The notes beneath the pieces are model-generated. The model searched no databases, had not been told where the DNA came from, and saw only the letters and a list, made by a program, of their open reading frames with translations. From the NCBI GenBank assembly GCA_947632245.1, contig CANRON010000001.1:1-63469 (forward strand): a stretch of 63,469 nt of DNA. The letters run 5' to 3'. The DNA comes from an uncultured Ignatzschineria sp. Lineage in GTDB: Bacteria > Pseudomonadota > Gammaproteobacteria > Cardiobacteriales > Wohlfahrtiimonadaceae. How positions within the stretch are numbered: position 1 is the stretch's first letter; every line of letters begins with the position of its first letter. This document shows positions 19,812-28,764 of this stretch, piece by piece. Position numbers and translations under genes: made by a program.

Positions 19812-20873
19812 ATGTTTCATGTACTACGGATCGCGAGTGCGTTTATTGGAATTATTGTAGGTGCTGGATTTGCTTCTGGGCAAGAGATCTTGCAATATTT
19901 CACAAGTTTTGGCTATATGGGGACTTTGGGCGCTATCTTTGCTACAGGATTATTTGCATACTTGGGAATGATGCTGACAAGAATCGGTAGCATGATGAAA
20001 ATCACGTCCCATAGCAATGCGATCTACTCTTTGAGTGGGAAGACATTAGGAATGTTTGTCGATGCAATTTTAATTCTAACCTTATTTGGTGTAGGCGTTG
20101 TGATGGTTGCGGGGGCAGGAAGCTTAGGGTCACAATTTTTAGGACTTTCTCCCTTTATTGGCAGTTTAGTGATGACAGTACTGATTGTCGCAACAATTAT
20201 GATGCCGATTAATCGAGTGATTAATCTTATAGGTAGTATTACCCCATTTTTAATCGTTGCACTTGTCGTTATCTGTGTTTATAGCCTGTTTACATATGGA
20301 CCTACCTTAGAAGAGCTAGAACCCATTGCGACAAGTATTGATACCTCTCTTCCTAACTGGTTTATTTCAGCAATTAACTATGTGTCATTTAATATTGCAG
20401 TTGGTGCAGGAATGGCACTTGTAATGGGCGGTAGCGAATCGAATGTGAAAATTGCAACATGGGGTGGGTTTTTAGGGGGATTGGGTGTGGGCGTATTAAT
20501 CTTACTTGCGCATCTCGCTATCTTCTTGAAAGTCGATATTGTGGGAGGATTTCCATTACCGCTACTTAAAATTATTGAAGATATCTCTCCCGTTTTAGGA
20601 ATGTGTATGGCCGTTGTACTCTTTGGCATGATCTATAATACGGGTGTTGCGATGTACTATGCATTTGTAGCACGATTTACCGTGATGCAAACGAAGAGAT
20701 CATTTATCTTTGCTATAGTCACCGGCGCTGTGGGTTATGTTGCCAGTTTTGTTGGGTTTACGGATTTGATTGCCTATTTCTACCCTTTAATTGGGTATTT
20801 AGGAATGTTCTTGATCCTTATTCTTATCTACGCACCTTTTAAACTTCGTAAAATGCGCAAGAATGGTCAGTAA
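19812..20873 (+). CDS. YkvI-like multi-pass membrane protein (putative amino acid transporter)
   Basis: IGIIVGAGFASGQEILQYF signature, about 10 hydrophobic segments, YPLIGYLG; ATG 19812 follows strong GAGGAGG RBS (ORF track 19773). Confidence 0.8.
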   Translation: MFHVLRIASAFIGIIVGAGFASGQEILQYFTSFGYMGTLGAIFATGLFAYLGMMLTRIGSMMKITSHSNAIYSLSGKTLGMFVDAILILTLFGVGVVMVAGAGSLGSQFLGLSPFIGSLVMTVLIVATIMMPINRVINLIGSITPFLIVALVVICVYSLFTYGPTLEELEPIATSIDTSLPNWFISAINYVSFNIAVGAGMALVMGGSESNVKIATWGGFLGGLGVGVLILLAHLAIFLKVDIVGGFPLPLLKIIEDISPVLGMCMAVVLFGMIYNTGVAMYYAFVARFTVMQTKRSFIFAIVTGAVGYVASFVGFTDLIAYFYPLIGYLGMFLILILIYAPFKLRKMRKNGQ

Positions 20874-20974
20874 TCAAATAAAACAAAAAATCGGATATCC
20901 CCAAATAATGATGGTTTACCTATAAATTTCTGTAAATCATATTAGATGGGTTGGGATAAATCAAAGGAGCGGAT

Positions 20975-21538
20975 CTAGCAGATACCGCTCTTTTTTTCGA
21001 GCCGAGAATAACCGTAAACATTAATGACAATGGAGGTATATTGAGCGGTACTATGAGGATGATCGGGACACAGATTAATTCTGCCATTGGGAAGCGATCT
21101 TGCCATTCCGTAAGCATATTGCCGGCGAGGTTTAATATTAATCCCGCCACCAATATTGCGTGTTGAGATAATAGAAATACCCGATGGACTTAAATCTTCA
21201 GGTGAGAAGTAATGAATGATATTTTCAGAGGTAGGCTGAAATTTCGCCTCAATATCATAAAACATCACCCATCCCGGCCAGTTGTATCTATCCGCATCTA
21301 TACAATGCTTTCCATCCAAAGATCCACACAGTGTGACGGCGCTATCTTCAATGTTTGCTAAGTTTTTGGCGAGCATAAGATCCTCAGAGAATTGTAATAT
21401 GATTAATTCTTCTTGAATAGCTCTTTGAAAATTTTGGTAATTCGGGATTATGAACAGAAGTAGAAGTGTCATGATCACGATTGTGATCATGAGCTCAATG
21501 AGCGTAAAGCCTTTCTCATTATTATCACTGTATTGCAT
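20975..21538 (-). CDS. fimT: FimT/GspH-like type IV minor pilin
   Basis: Prepilin cleavage motif KG|FTLIELM with E5, hydrophobic helix, VTLC..C..W.GW.MF, NGRI.LC, C-terminal IN..G..R. Confidence 0.8.
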   Translation of the reverse strand: MQYSDNNEKGFTLIELMITIVIMTLLLLFIIPNYQNFQRAIQEELIILQFSEDLMLAKNLANIEDSAVTLCGSLDGKHCIDADRYNWPGWVMFYDIEAKFQPTSENIIHYFSPEDLSPSGISIISTRNIGGGINIKPRRQYAYGMARSLPNGRINLCPDHPHSTAQYTSIVINVYGYSRLEKKSGIC

Positions 21539-21642
21539 AGGGAATGATTAGATCCAATCTATAGCCGAATCGGTGTTTGCAGATTAAGCTATAGATCGGT
21601 GTTTAAAGAAGCAGTAATATAGGGATATTTAATAATCATTCA

Positions 21643-22020
21643 TTATTTATCGGCGGTAGTGGATTGTATAGTCTCATCTAGTGGTGTTTCAGTTGTCGTT
21701 TCAGTCGTGTTTTTTACAGCATTTTTTTGATTAGTTTTACCCTCTTCCTCTATCTGCTGCAGATTAAAGAGGATTTTCTCTCTATTTTCCGCAATCGTCT
21801 TTTCACCAATTCCCTTCACTTTCAGAAGATCACTCGTCGATTGGAAGGGGCCATTTTTTTGACGATACTCGATAATAGCCTCTGCTTTGACAGGACCAAT
21901 ATTAGAGAGGTTTTCTACGATCGCAGCAGCACTTGCCGTATTGATATCAATAGGTGCTGTCTGCCCAATTGAGAGAAGGCCCAGACATATAGAGATGATA
22001 TATACGCTTATTTTTTTCAT
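21643..22020 (-). CDS. comEA: ComEA family helix-hairpin-helix DNA-binding protein
   Basis: Signal peptide, IDINTAS, IGPVKAEAIIEYR..NGPF, VKGIGEKT. Confidence 0.9.
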   Translation of the reverse strand: MKKISVYIISICLGLLSIGQTAPIDINTASAAAIVENLSNIGPVKAEAIIEYRQKNGPFQSTSDLLKVKGIGEKTIAENREKILFNLQQIEEEGKTNQKNAVKNTTETTTETPLDETIQSTTADK

Positions 22021-22117
22021 AATCTATCCTTTATGTAGTTGTATTTTCTAAAGTATTTATTGCGATAGAATAAATACTTCAATAAACATAGGATGTAAAA
22101 TAAGCGGTAGGGATTGA

Positions 22118-22942
22118 TTAGGAATCTATTGGGTTAAGCAGAATCATTATTTCCGCATAAGCTTCAGATTGCTCGATAATGATTTTTTGATGACGCGCAA
22201 GCTCTAGTAAGGATAAAAAAGAGATTGTAATACCGTAACGCCCTTCATGCGGATTAAAGAGTGCAGAAAAAGAAGTCGGTTCTGTGACTGAAAGTCTTGC
22301 TACCAATTCATTCATGCGATCTGTAATCGATATTTTTTCAGATTCTACCTTGTGCTTTTGGTGAAGATCTGCTCTTGCTAATATCTTTTGAATCGCGTTG
22401 ACGAGTTGGGATAGCTCAATTGCAGGTGGTGGCGGTGAGATATCTATATCCGGCGTTGCAGGGGAGATAGGGAAGATGTCTCGATAAAGCTGATGTTGTT
22501 TTGCAAGAAGATTTGCAGCTTCTTTATATTGGGCATAAAGCTGAAGTCTACGAATGAGTTCTTGTCTTGGGTCCTGCTCATCTTCAAGGGGGTCAGTTTC
22601 CGGCATGGGGAGCAGTATGCGAGATTTGATCTCGGCGAGCCATGCTGCCATTACCAGATATTCTGAAGCAAGATCGAAGCGTTCTTCCTCAAGATGATGA
22701 ATGTAGCGCATATATTGCTCTGTAATATCCCGAATAGGAATATCGAGAATGTCGAAATTATTTTTGCGGATAATATGGAGTAGGAGATCAAGTGGACCTT
22801 CAAACTCATCAAGCCAAATTTCAAATGCATCAGGGGGAATAAAAAGGTCAAGCGGAAGCTCAAGCTGCTCGCCTTTAAAAGTTGCAATATTTTCATGTTC
22901 AATCATATGGGATCTACTCATCAAAAGATAAGCGTAAATCAC
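22118..22942 (-). CDS. scpA: Segregation and condensation protein A (kleisin)
   Basis: LPLDLFIPPDA, FEGPLDLLL, ASEYLVMAAWLAEIKSRILLP, FLSLLEL. Confidence 0.93.
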   Translation of the reverse strand: MIYAYLLMSRSHMIEHENIATFKGEQLELPLDLFIPPDAFEIWLDEFEGPLDLLLHIIRKNNFDILDIPIRDITEQYMRYIHHLEEERFDLASEYLVMAAWLAEIKSRILLPMPETDPLEDEQDPRQELIRRLQLYAQYKEAANLLAKQHQLYRDIFPISPATPDIDISPPPPAIELSQLVNAIQKILARADLHQKHKVESEKISITDRMNELVARLSVTEPTSFSALFNPHEGRYGITISFLSLLELARHQKIIIEQSEAYAEIMILLNPIDS

Positions 22943-23084
22943 TCATATGCTCACAGAGTGAAATATTATGAGTAACTTACGCTCTTTCTTATTACTAGTC
23001 TAAAGGACGATATCAATAGCTGAAGAATCATTGCATAATCGCATGAAAGGATGCTTCAAAAGCATTATTGTATTGCATTAATCA

Positions 23085-24092
23085 CTAGATAAAATTTCTA
23101 AGGCCTACCGCATTTTTTAATCGTGTTAACATTTCTCTTGCCGGAATACGTGCTTTTTCTGCCCCTTTTTGTAATGTTTCTTCGATAATTTGTGGGTTTG
23201 CCATGAGCTCGTAATATTTTTCACGCGATTCCTTGATTTCATGATTGATCAAATTAAAGAGTCTCTTTTTGGCATCTCCCCAGCCCATACCTGCTATTAA
23301 TGCCTCGCGAAACTCTGCGGTCTGTGCAGTTGTTGCAAAGGCTTTATAGATCTCAAAAAGATGTGTGCTATCTGGATCTTTAGGTTCACCTGGTTCGAGA
23401 GAGTTCGTGACGATTTTATTAATGGATTTTTGTAATTGTTTCTCAGGGAGGAAGAGCGGAATTGTATTATGATAAGACTTACTCATTTTACGCCCATCTA
23501 GCCCCGGTAAGATTGCAGTTTCATCATCAATGACTTCTTGTGGCATGACAAAGAAATCTTCTTTGTAGATATGATTAAAGCGCTGTGCGATCTCTCTTGC
23601 AATCTCAACATGTTGGCGCTGATCGCTGCCCACAGGAACTAAGTCTGCATTGAAAGTTAAAATATCTGCCGCCATTAGCACGGGATATGAGAATAATCCC
23701 ATAGTCACACCACGGTCAGGATCATTATCGGCAGCAATATTCTCATCAACAGATGCTTTATAAGCATGTGCACGATTCATGGTTCCTTTTGCGGTGACGC
23801 AGTTTAAAAGCCATGTGATTTGGGGAATCTCTTCAATGTCAGATTGGCGATAAAAAACGGCTTTATCCGTATCTAAGCCTAGGGCCATCCATGTTGCTGC
23901 GATCTCAAGGCGCGATTGATTCACAAGCTCAGGGTCCTGGCATTTGATTAATGAATGGAGGTCAGCTAGGAAAAAGAATGCACTATCATGAGATTTGCTC
24001 AGTTCAATTGCGGGGCGAATCGCGCCTGCATAGTTGCCTAAGTGTGGGGTTCCTGTTGTACTAATTCCTGTTAAAACCGTCTTCTGTTTCAT
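23085..24092 (-). CDS. trpS: Tryptophan--tRNA ligase
   Basis: HLGN, YPVLMAADIL, VPVG.DQ.QH.E, KMSKS. Confidence 0.96.
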   Translation of the reverse strand: MKQKTVLTGISTTGTPHLGNYAGAIRPAIELSKSHDSAFFFLADLHSLIKCQDPELVNQSRLEIAATWMALGLDTDKAVFYRQSDIEEIPQITWLLNCVTAKGTMNRAHAYKASVDENIAADNDPDRGVTMGLFSYPVLMAADILTFNADLVPVGSDQRQHVEIAREIAQRFNHIYKEDFFVMPQEVIDDETAILPGLDGRKMSKSYHNTIPLFLPEKQLQKSINKIVTNSLEPGEPKDPDSTHLFEIYKAFATTAQTAEFREALIAGMGWGDAKKRLFNLINHEIKESREKYYELMANPQIIEETLQKGAEKARIPAREMLTRLKNAVGLRNFI

Positions 24093-24301
24093 TGAGATTC
24101 CTTTGTTGCAATAATCCGGATGTTTAAAACATCTAAGAGCGCGAAGCTTATGAGTATTGGTTTTGAAGAATACTCACCCACTGTCCGCAAGATTAAGTGG
24201 TACTAACTTTGGTCTATATTGTATCTGAAGAACGGTATTCTCAAAAGTCGATATATGACGATATCTGCATTGAAAACGAGATTCTTCATTTCCATCCCTA
24301 T

Positions 24302-25150
24302 TTAGACTTTAAAATCACGATCGAATATGGAAAAATCAGGCATAAGCGCTTTAGGGTATTCTACATGGTATAGATATAACCCTTGGGGCGGCGCCGTCAT
24401 TCCGCCGGTTCTACGATCTAGACTTTCAAGAACCGTTTGAACATAGGAGATAGGCTCTTTCTCGAGTCCGACTTCAAGAAGCGTCCCTACGATATTACGG
24501 ACCATATTGTGCAAAAAGGCATTGGCTTTCAGTTCGATTTCAATGATGTTCTCTTCTCTTTTAAAGGAGATGTGATGCATTTGACGAAAAGGAGTATGCG
24601 CTTGACATTCTGATGATCGAAATGCCGAGAAATCATGTTCTCCGATAAGTGCTTGAGCGGCTTGCTCCATCGCCTCAACATTGAGTGGATGGTAGTTCCA
24701 TAATGCATAATGACGAAGCAGTGGGCTTCTGAAGGGATAGTTGAAAATGCGATAACGGTAGGTGCGGCTAATGGCGCTAAAGCGCGCATGAAAATCTTCT
24801 TTCACTTCCACGATATCCTTAATGGCGCAATCATCAGGGAGATTGGAATTAATGCCGAGCATCCACGCTCTTTTGGGTCTTATTGCTGTTGTTTCAAAGT
24901 GCACAACCTGATTATAAGCATGTACGCCAGCATCCGTTCTACCTGCGCAAATAATCTTAATATCTTCATTGGCAATAAAGCTGACGGCCCGTTCAAGTTC
25001 TGCTTCAATGGAACGAACCGGCGGATTTATCTGTTTTTGCCAACCCTTGAATAAACGACCATCATATTCGATGAGAAGTGCATATTTACGAGTTGGTTTT
25101 AGGGCAGGGATCTCAGAGTTTTGTTGTGCTTTAGGAGAGGCTTGCGTCAT
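24302..25150 (-). CDS. truA: tRNA pseudouridine(38-40) synthase
   Basis: YDG..F.GWQ.Q, AGRTDAGVHA, FHARFSA, AFLHNMVRNIVG. Confidence 0.96.
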   Translation of the reverse strand: MTQASPKAQQNSEIPALKPTRKYALLIEYDGRLFKGWQKQINPPVRSIEAELERAVSFIANEDIKIICAGRTDAGVHAYNQVVHFETTAIRPKRAWMLGINSNLPDDCAIKDIVEVKEDFHARFSAISRTYRYRIFNYPFRSPLLRHYALWNYHPLNVEAMEQAAQALIGEHDFSAFRSSECQAHTPFRQMHHISFKREENIIEIELKANAFLHNMVRNIVGTLLEVGLEKEPISYVQTVLESLDRRTGGMTAPPQGLYLYHVEYPKALMPDFSIFDRDFKV

Positions 25151-25266
25151 ATTGGGGAATCTTTATAAATTAAAAAGCCATCACAACTTAAATCAATAGT
25201 GGGGATGGCGTGGATGCGAATCGTTGAGTTTGTCTGGGAATCAATAATGAGTGTAATATTTCTGCG

Positions 25267-26100
25267 TTATTTCGTGCGTTTAGAATCGATGATTTTCAGG
25301 GAGTTTTCCATGGCAATTCTAAATTCCGGACCTTTTTTTAATGCTAACGTTACGAGTAATATATCGACGATCGCAAGATCTGCAAGACGAGAAATCATCG
25401 GCATATATTCAGACGTATCTTCTTTTGTACCTGATTCTAAAATCACGGTCGCATGGTAGCTGAGCGGTGATTTCTTGGGCGCTAGAGCGATCACGGAAGC
25501 ACCGTTTGATAGTGCTAAATCCGCAGAATCAATCACATCTTGGCTTTTACCGGTATGGGAAACAGCAATTAAAACATCTCTCGGCGTTAATAAGCTTGCA
25601 GCTAAACTATGCACATGATGATCCGTATAGGCAGATACGGGAATCCCAACGCGAAGTAGCTTCTGCTGAATATCATTTGCAACAACGCCGGAAACACCGT
25701 GGCCAATACAGATTACTTGATTGGCTTGTTCAAGAAGACCAATGGCTTGGTCAAGATCTGTTTCTGATAAAAACTGCTTCATATTCAGCAATGCCGCACT
25801 TGACTGATCAATGAGCTTGGTAATAATACTCGATGTGGAGTCATGAGGAGAGATCGAGCCATGCACAAATGGAACGCCTGAGCGTAAACTTTGGGACAGA
25901 AGCTGTTTAAAGGTATGGAATCCTTCGTAATTTAAGGCATGACAAAATCGCATGATTGTCGGCTCAGATACGCCGGCTTTCTCAGCTAGTGCACTGATAG
26001 AGAGATCAACGGCTTCATTAGGATGCGCAAGCACCCAATCAGCGACTTTAGCCTCTGATTTTCGGAGTTGATGATAATTGTTTTGGATATGCGATAACAT
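25267..26100 (-). CDS. hexR: RpiR/HexR family transcriptional regulator (HTH + SIS)
   Basis: LRKSE.KVA, VSEPTIMRFC, SHTGKS, YMPMISRLA; adjacent to glucokinase. Confidence 0.8.
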   Translation of the reverse strand: MLSHIQNNYHQLRKSEAKVADWVLAHPNEAVDLSISALAEKAGVSEPTIMRFCHALNYEGFHTFKQLLSQSLRSGVPFVHGSISPHDSTSSIITKLIDQSSAALLNMKQFLSETDLDQAIGLLEQANQVICIGHGVSGVVANDIQQKLLRVGIPVSAYTDHHVHSLAASLLTPRDVLIAVSHTGKSQDVIDSADLALSNGASVIALAPKKSPLSYHATVILESGTKEDTSEYMPMISRLADLAIVDILLVTLALKKGPEFRIAMENSLKIIDSKRTK

Positions 26101-26116
26101 AAACTTTTCCTACCTT

Positions 26117-27124
26117 CTAAAGGTAACGATGCAGTATCTGTTGAAGACCTACAAGCGCTGGGTAAGGGTGCGTAATGAGATATGTCGGTGTTTCTGATAA
26201 TAGCGCATTTACAGATACTTTATTGAGGAAGCAATCTCTAAAAGGAGATGCTAATAAAAAATCACTAAAGCGAGGGGTAAAGCCACCGCCGATATAAATA
26301 CCGCCAAAAGCGCCGGTTGTGAGCGCTATATCACTTGCAACATTTCCGAGCATTGCACAATAGCGGTTTAATACTTCAATCGCAAAAGGGTCTTCTATTT
26401 CAAGCGCTGCTTGCAATAGGGCAGTTGGCGTTGCATCAAATGAAGGTGTTGATTCATTGAGCTGCGCCATGATACGAATTAATCGAGGAATGCCTTCTTT
26501 ACAACCCAAAAGATCTTCGACAATGATTGGGCGCTGACACTCTTGCATTGCGAGATCAACAATTTGAATCTCTATTGAATCTTGTGGGCTATAGAGCGCA
26601 TGACCGCCTTCGGAGGGAATGCTGATCGCCCCCGAGTCGGTGGGTAGACTCATAGCGGTGCCAAATCCTGTCCCTGTTCCTATCACGACTTTAGGTAGTA
26701 TATAGTTATTAGCTGTGGGCATACTTTGAGGTAATGATGCTGAAGACGTCTGGATTAATAGAGTATCAGAAAGAGGCAGATGGTCTAGAGCAAGGGATAA
26801 TGCTTCAAAGTCATTAATAAAGGTCACTTTAGTATTGAGCTTTTGGGCAATATCACTTTGAGAGAAATCCCAATGGTTATTCGTTAATACTAAATGATCG
26901 TTTTTTACAGGTGTTGCAACAGCGATTAAAACATGTTCGGGATCAGATTCACCAATATCATTGAGATATGCGCAGATAACATCTTTGGGGGAGTTGTACT
27001 GGGCGGATGGGTATGTTTCAACGCGACGAATCGCCTGATACTCATCAATAGAGGCAACGCGTGAAAAGGTAGCCCCCATATCTGCAATAATAATTAAAGG
27101 TGTTTTACGCTTCATGATGATCAA
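26117..27124 (-). CDS. glk: Glucokinase (family A, divergent)
   Basis: LTNNHW, INDFEA, GTGFG, SEGGH, GA.GGIYIGGG, F..K; likely start ATG 27115. Confidence 0.8.
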   Translation of the reverse strand: MIIMKRKTPLIIIADMGATFSRVASIDEYQAIRRVETYPSAQYNSPKDVICAYLNDIGESDPEHVLIAVATPVKNDHLVLTNNHWDFSQSDIAQKLNTKVTFINDFEALSLALDHLPLSDTLLIQTSSASLPQSMPTANNYILPKVVIGTGTGFGTAMSLPTDSGAISIPSEGGHALYSPQDSIEIQIVDLAMQECQRPIIVEDLLGCKEGIPRLIRIMAQLNESTPSFDATPTALLQAALEIEDPFAIEVLNRYCAMLGNVASDIALTTGAFGGIYIGGGFTPRFSDFLLASPFRDCFLNKVSVNALLSETPTYLITHPYPALVGLQQILHRYL

Positions 27125-27725
27125 CCCAAGTACCTAAGTAGCTGAGTGCATCATTCAAACCTATTTCAGGTTTTGTAGATGAGAATAATTGCACCGTGAT
27201 AGGCATCGTAAATTCCGTTTCCACTTCTTTTCTGACTTTGTGAAGCGCGCTGCTTGCTTCATTTTTGCTAAGTTTGTCTGCTTTCGTCAAAAGGATATGC
27301 GTCGTCAATCCTTGGTGCTCACACCAATGAAGCATCTGTTTATCAAGATCTGTTAATGGATGACGAGAGTCCATCAGCATGATGAGCGCATCGAGTTGCT
27401 TGCGCTCTTCAAAATAGCCTTGGAGGATTTTTTTCCAATGTTCGCGCATCGGTAGTGGTACTTTTGCATAACCATAGCCCGGTAAGTCAACAAGATAGAG
27501 TCCATCTTTAACTTCAAAGTAGTTTATAAGCTGGGTTCTTCCCGGCGTTTTACTCGTTCTTGCTAATGTTTTTTGGCCTGTGATGAGATTCAATGCACTT
27601 GATTTTCCAGCATTTGATCTTCCTGCAAAAGCAATTTCAGCACGACTATCATCGGGAAGTTGGTTGAGCCCGTTTGCACTTGTTTTAAAAGTGGTTTGTC
27701 TCAATAGAGCACGAATATTTTGCAT
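27105..27725 (-). CDS. engB: Ribosome biogenesis GTP-binding protein YihA/EngB
   Basis: GRSNAGKS, SKTPGRTQ, DLPGYGY, TKADK. Confidence 0.95.
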   Translation of the reverse strand: MQNIRALLRQTTFKTSANGLNQLPDDSRAEIAFAGRSNAGKSSALNLITGQKTLARTSKTPGRTQLINYFEVKDGLYLVDLPGYGYAKVPLPMREHWKKILQGYFEERKQLDALIMLMDSRHPLTDLDKQMLHWCEHQGLTTHILLTKADKLSKNEASSALHKVRKEVETEFTMPITVQLFSSTKPEIGLNDALSYLGTWVDHHEA

Positions 27726-27833
27726 CCAAGAACCTCTCAGTCATCATTGTGTATGTAACCGATTATTCTACCCTTTTTTCAGTAAAAATGCACTTAAGCG
27801 AAAAAGAAATCCGCCGGCAAATAAGCAGCTGTT

Positions 27834-28661
27834 TTAATTGTTTTCTTGCAAAGAGAGACTTGTTATTTCAAAGGGCATTGTATCGATCCGAATAACCGTC
27901 AGAGATCCCTCCCAAACGCACCCCGAGTCAATACAGTAAGTCCCATTTTCATGATGAATACCAAGGCTTGCCCAGTGTCCGTAAATAATTTGTGTTCTTT
28001 GATGAAACGGTCTTTCAAATTGAAACCAAGGCTTCATCACGGCCGTGTCATACGATTCTGTTTTATTATCAAAATCAAGAGAGAGATCATTGTGAAGATA
28101 GCGCATGCGCGAGAAGTAATTGATAATCACTCGACGGCGATCTATCCCTTTTAGATTCGGGTCCCATGCAATCGGTGTGTTACCAAACATCGATTGCATG
28201 AAGTGTTGATATTTGTGTGGCTTGTTCGATTGCAGTTTTTTCTCGACTTCCGCACTTAATTCAAGGGCCTCATCAATTCGCCAAAAAGGTGGTATGCCCG
28301 CATGGGCAATCGCCACATCAACTTCAGGAATATAACGGACAAGTGGTTGGTGTCGAAGGTACTCTTTAATATCTCCAGCAAATTTACTCTGAAGAATATC
28401 TTGATAGGTATCCCCTCGGCGAAGGCGTGTTTTACCTTCAGCATACACCAAATACGAAAGATCATGATTGCCGAGCACAGGAAACATCGAAGCTTCATGT
28501 TCAAGGAGATATTGCATTACTTTTAAGGATTTAGGACCACGATTAATAAGATCCCCGACAAGATATAGTCGATCTTCTTGGGCATTGAAATTGACTTTAT
28601 CTAAGAGCGCTATAAATTCATCAAAACATCCATGAATATCGCTCATTACATAAGTTGCCAT
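27834..28661 (-). CDS. apaH: Symmetrical bis(5'-nucleosyl)-tetraphosphatase
   Basis: DIHGC, GDLINRGP.S, LGNHD, HAG, GHWASLG, IDSGCVW. Confidence 0.92.
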   Translation of the reverse strand: MATYVMSDIHGCFDEFIALLDKVNFNAQEDRLYLVGDLINRGPKSLKVMQYLLEHEASMFPVLGNHDLSYLVYAEGKTRLRRGDTYQDILQSKFAGDIKEYLRHQPLVRYIPEVDVAIAHAGIPPFWRIDEALELSAEVEKKLQSNKPHKYQHFMQSMFGNTPIAWDPNLKGIDRRRVIINYFSRMRYLHNDLSLDFDNKTESYDTAVMKPWFQFERPFHQRTQIIYGHWASLGIHHENGTYCIDSGCVWEGSLTVIRIDTMPFEITSLSLQENN

Positions 28662-28764
28662 GGAATCTTCCTTTTATATGGTTCAATTAAAAATTAGTGA
28701 AACTATTTTGGTGAGGATATGTTGCTAAAGTCGCCGCATTAATGGGAAAATTGCAGCTTATAAT

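Noticed and set aside
22061-22076. CRP-S (Sxy/TfoX) site upstream of comEA
   Set aside because: Only the TGCGA half-site is present; no TCGCA at the N6 spacing
24119-24176. Two small inverted repeats in the trpS leader as a Trp attenuator or T-box
   Set aside because: No Trp-codon leader peptide or T-box consensus seen; short AT-rich stems
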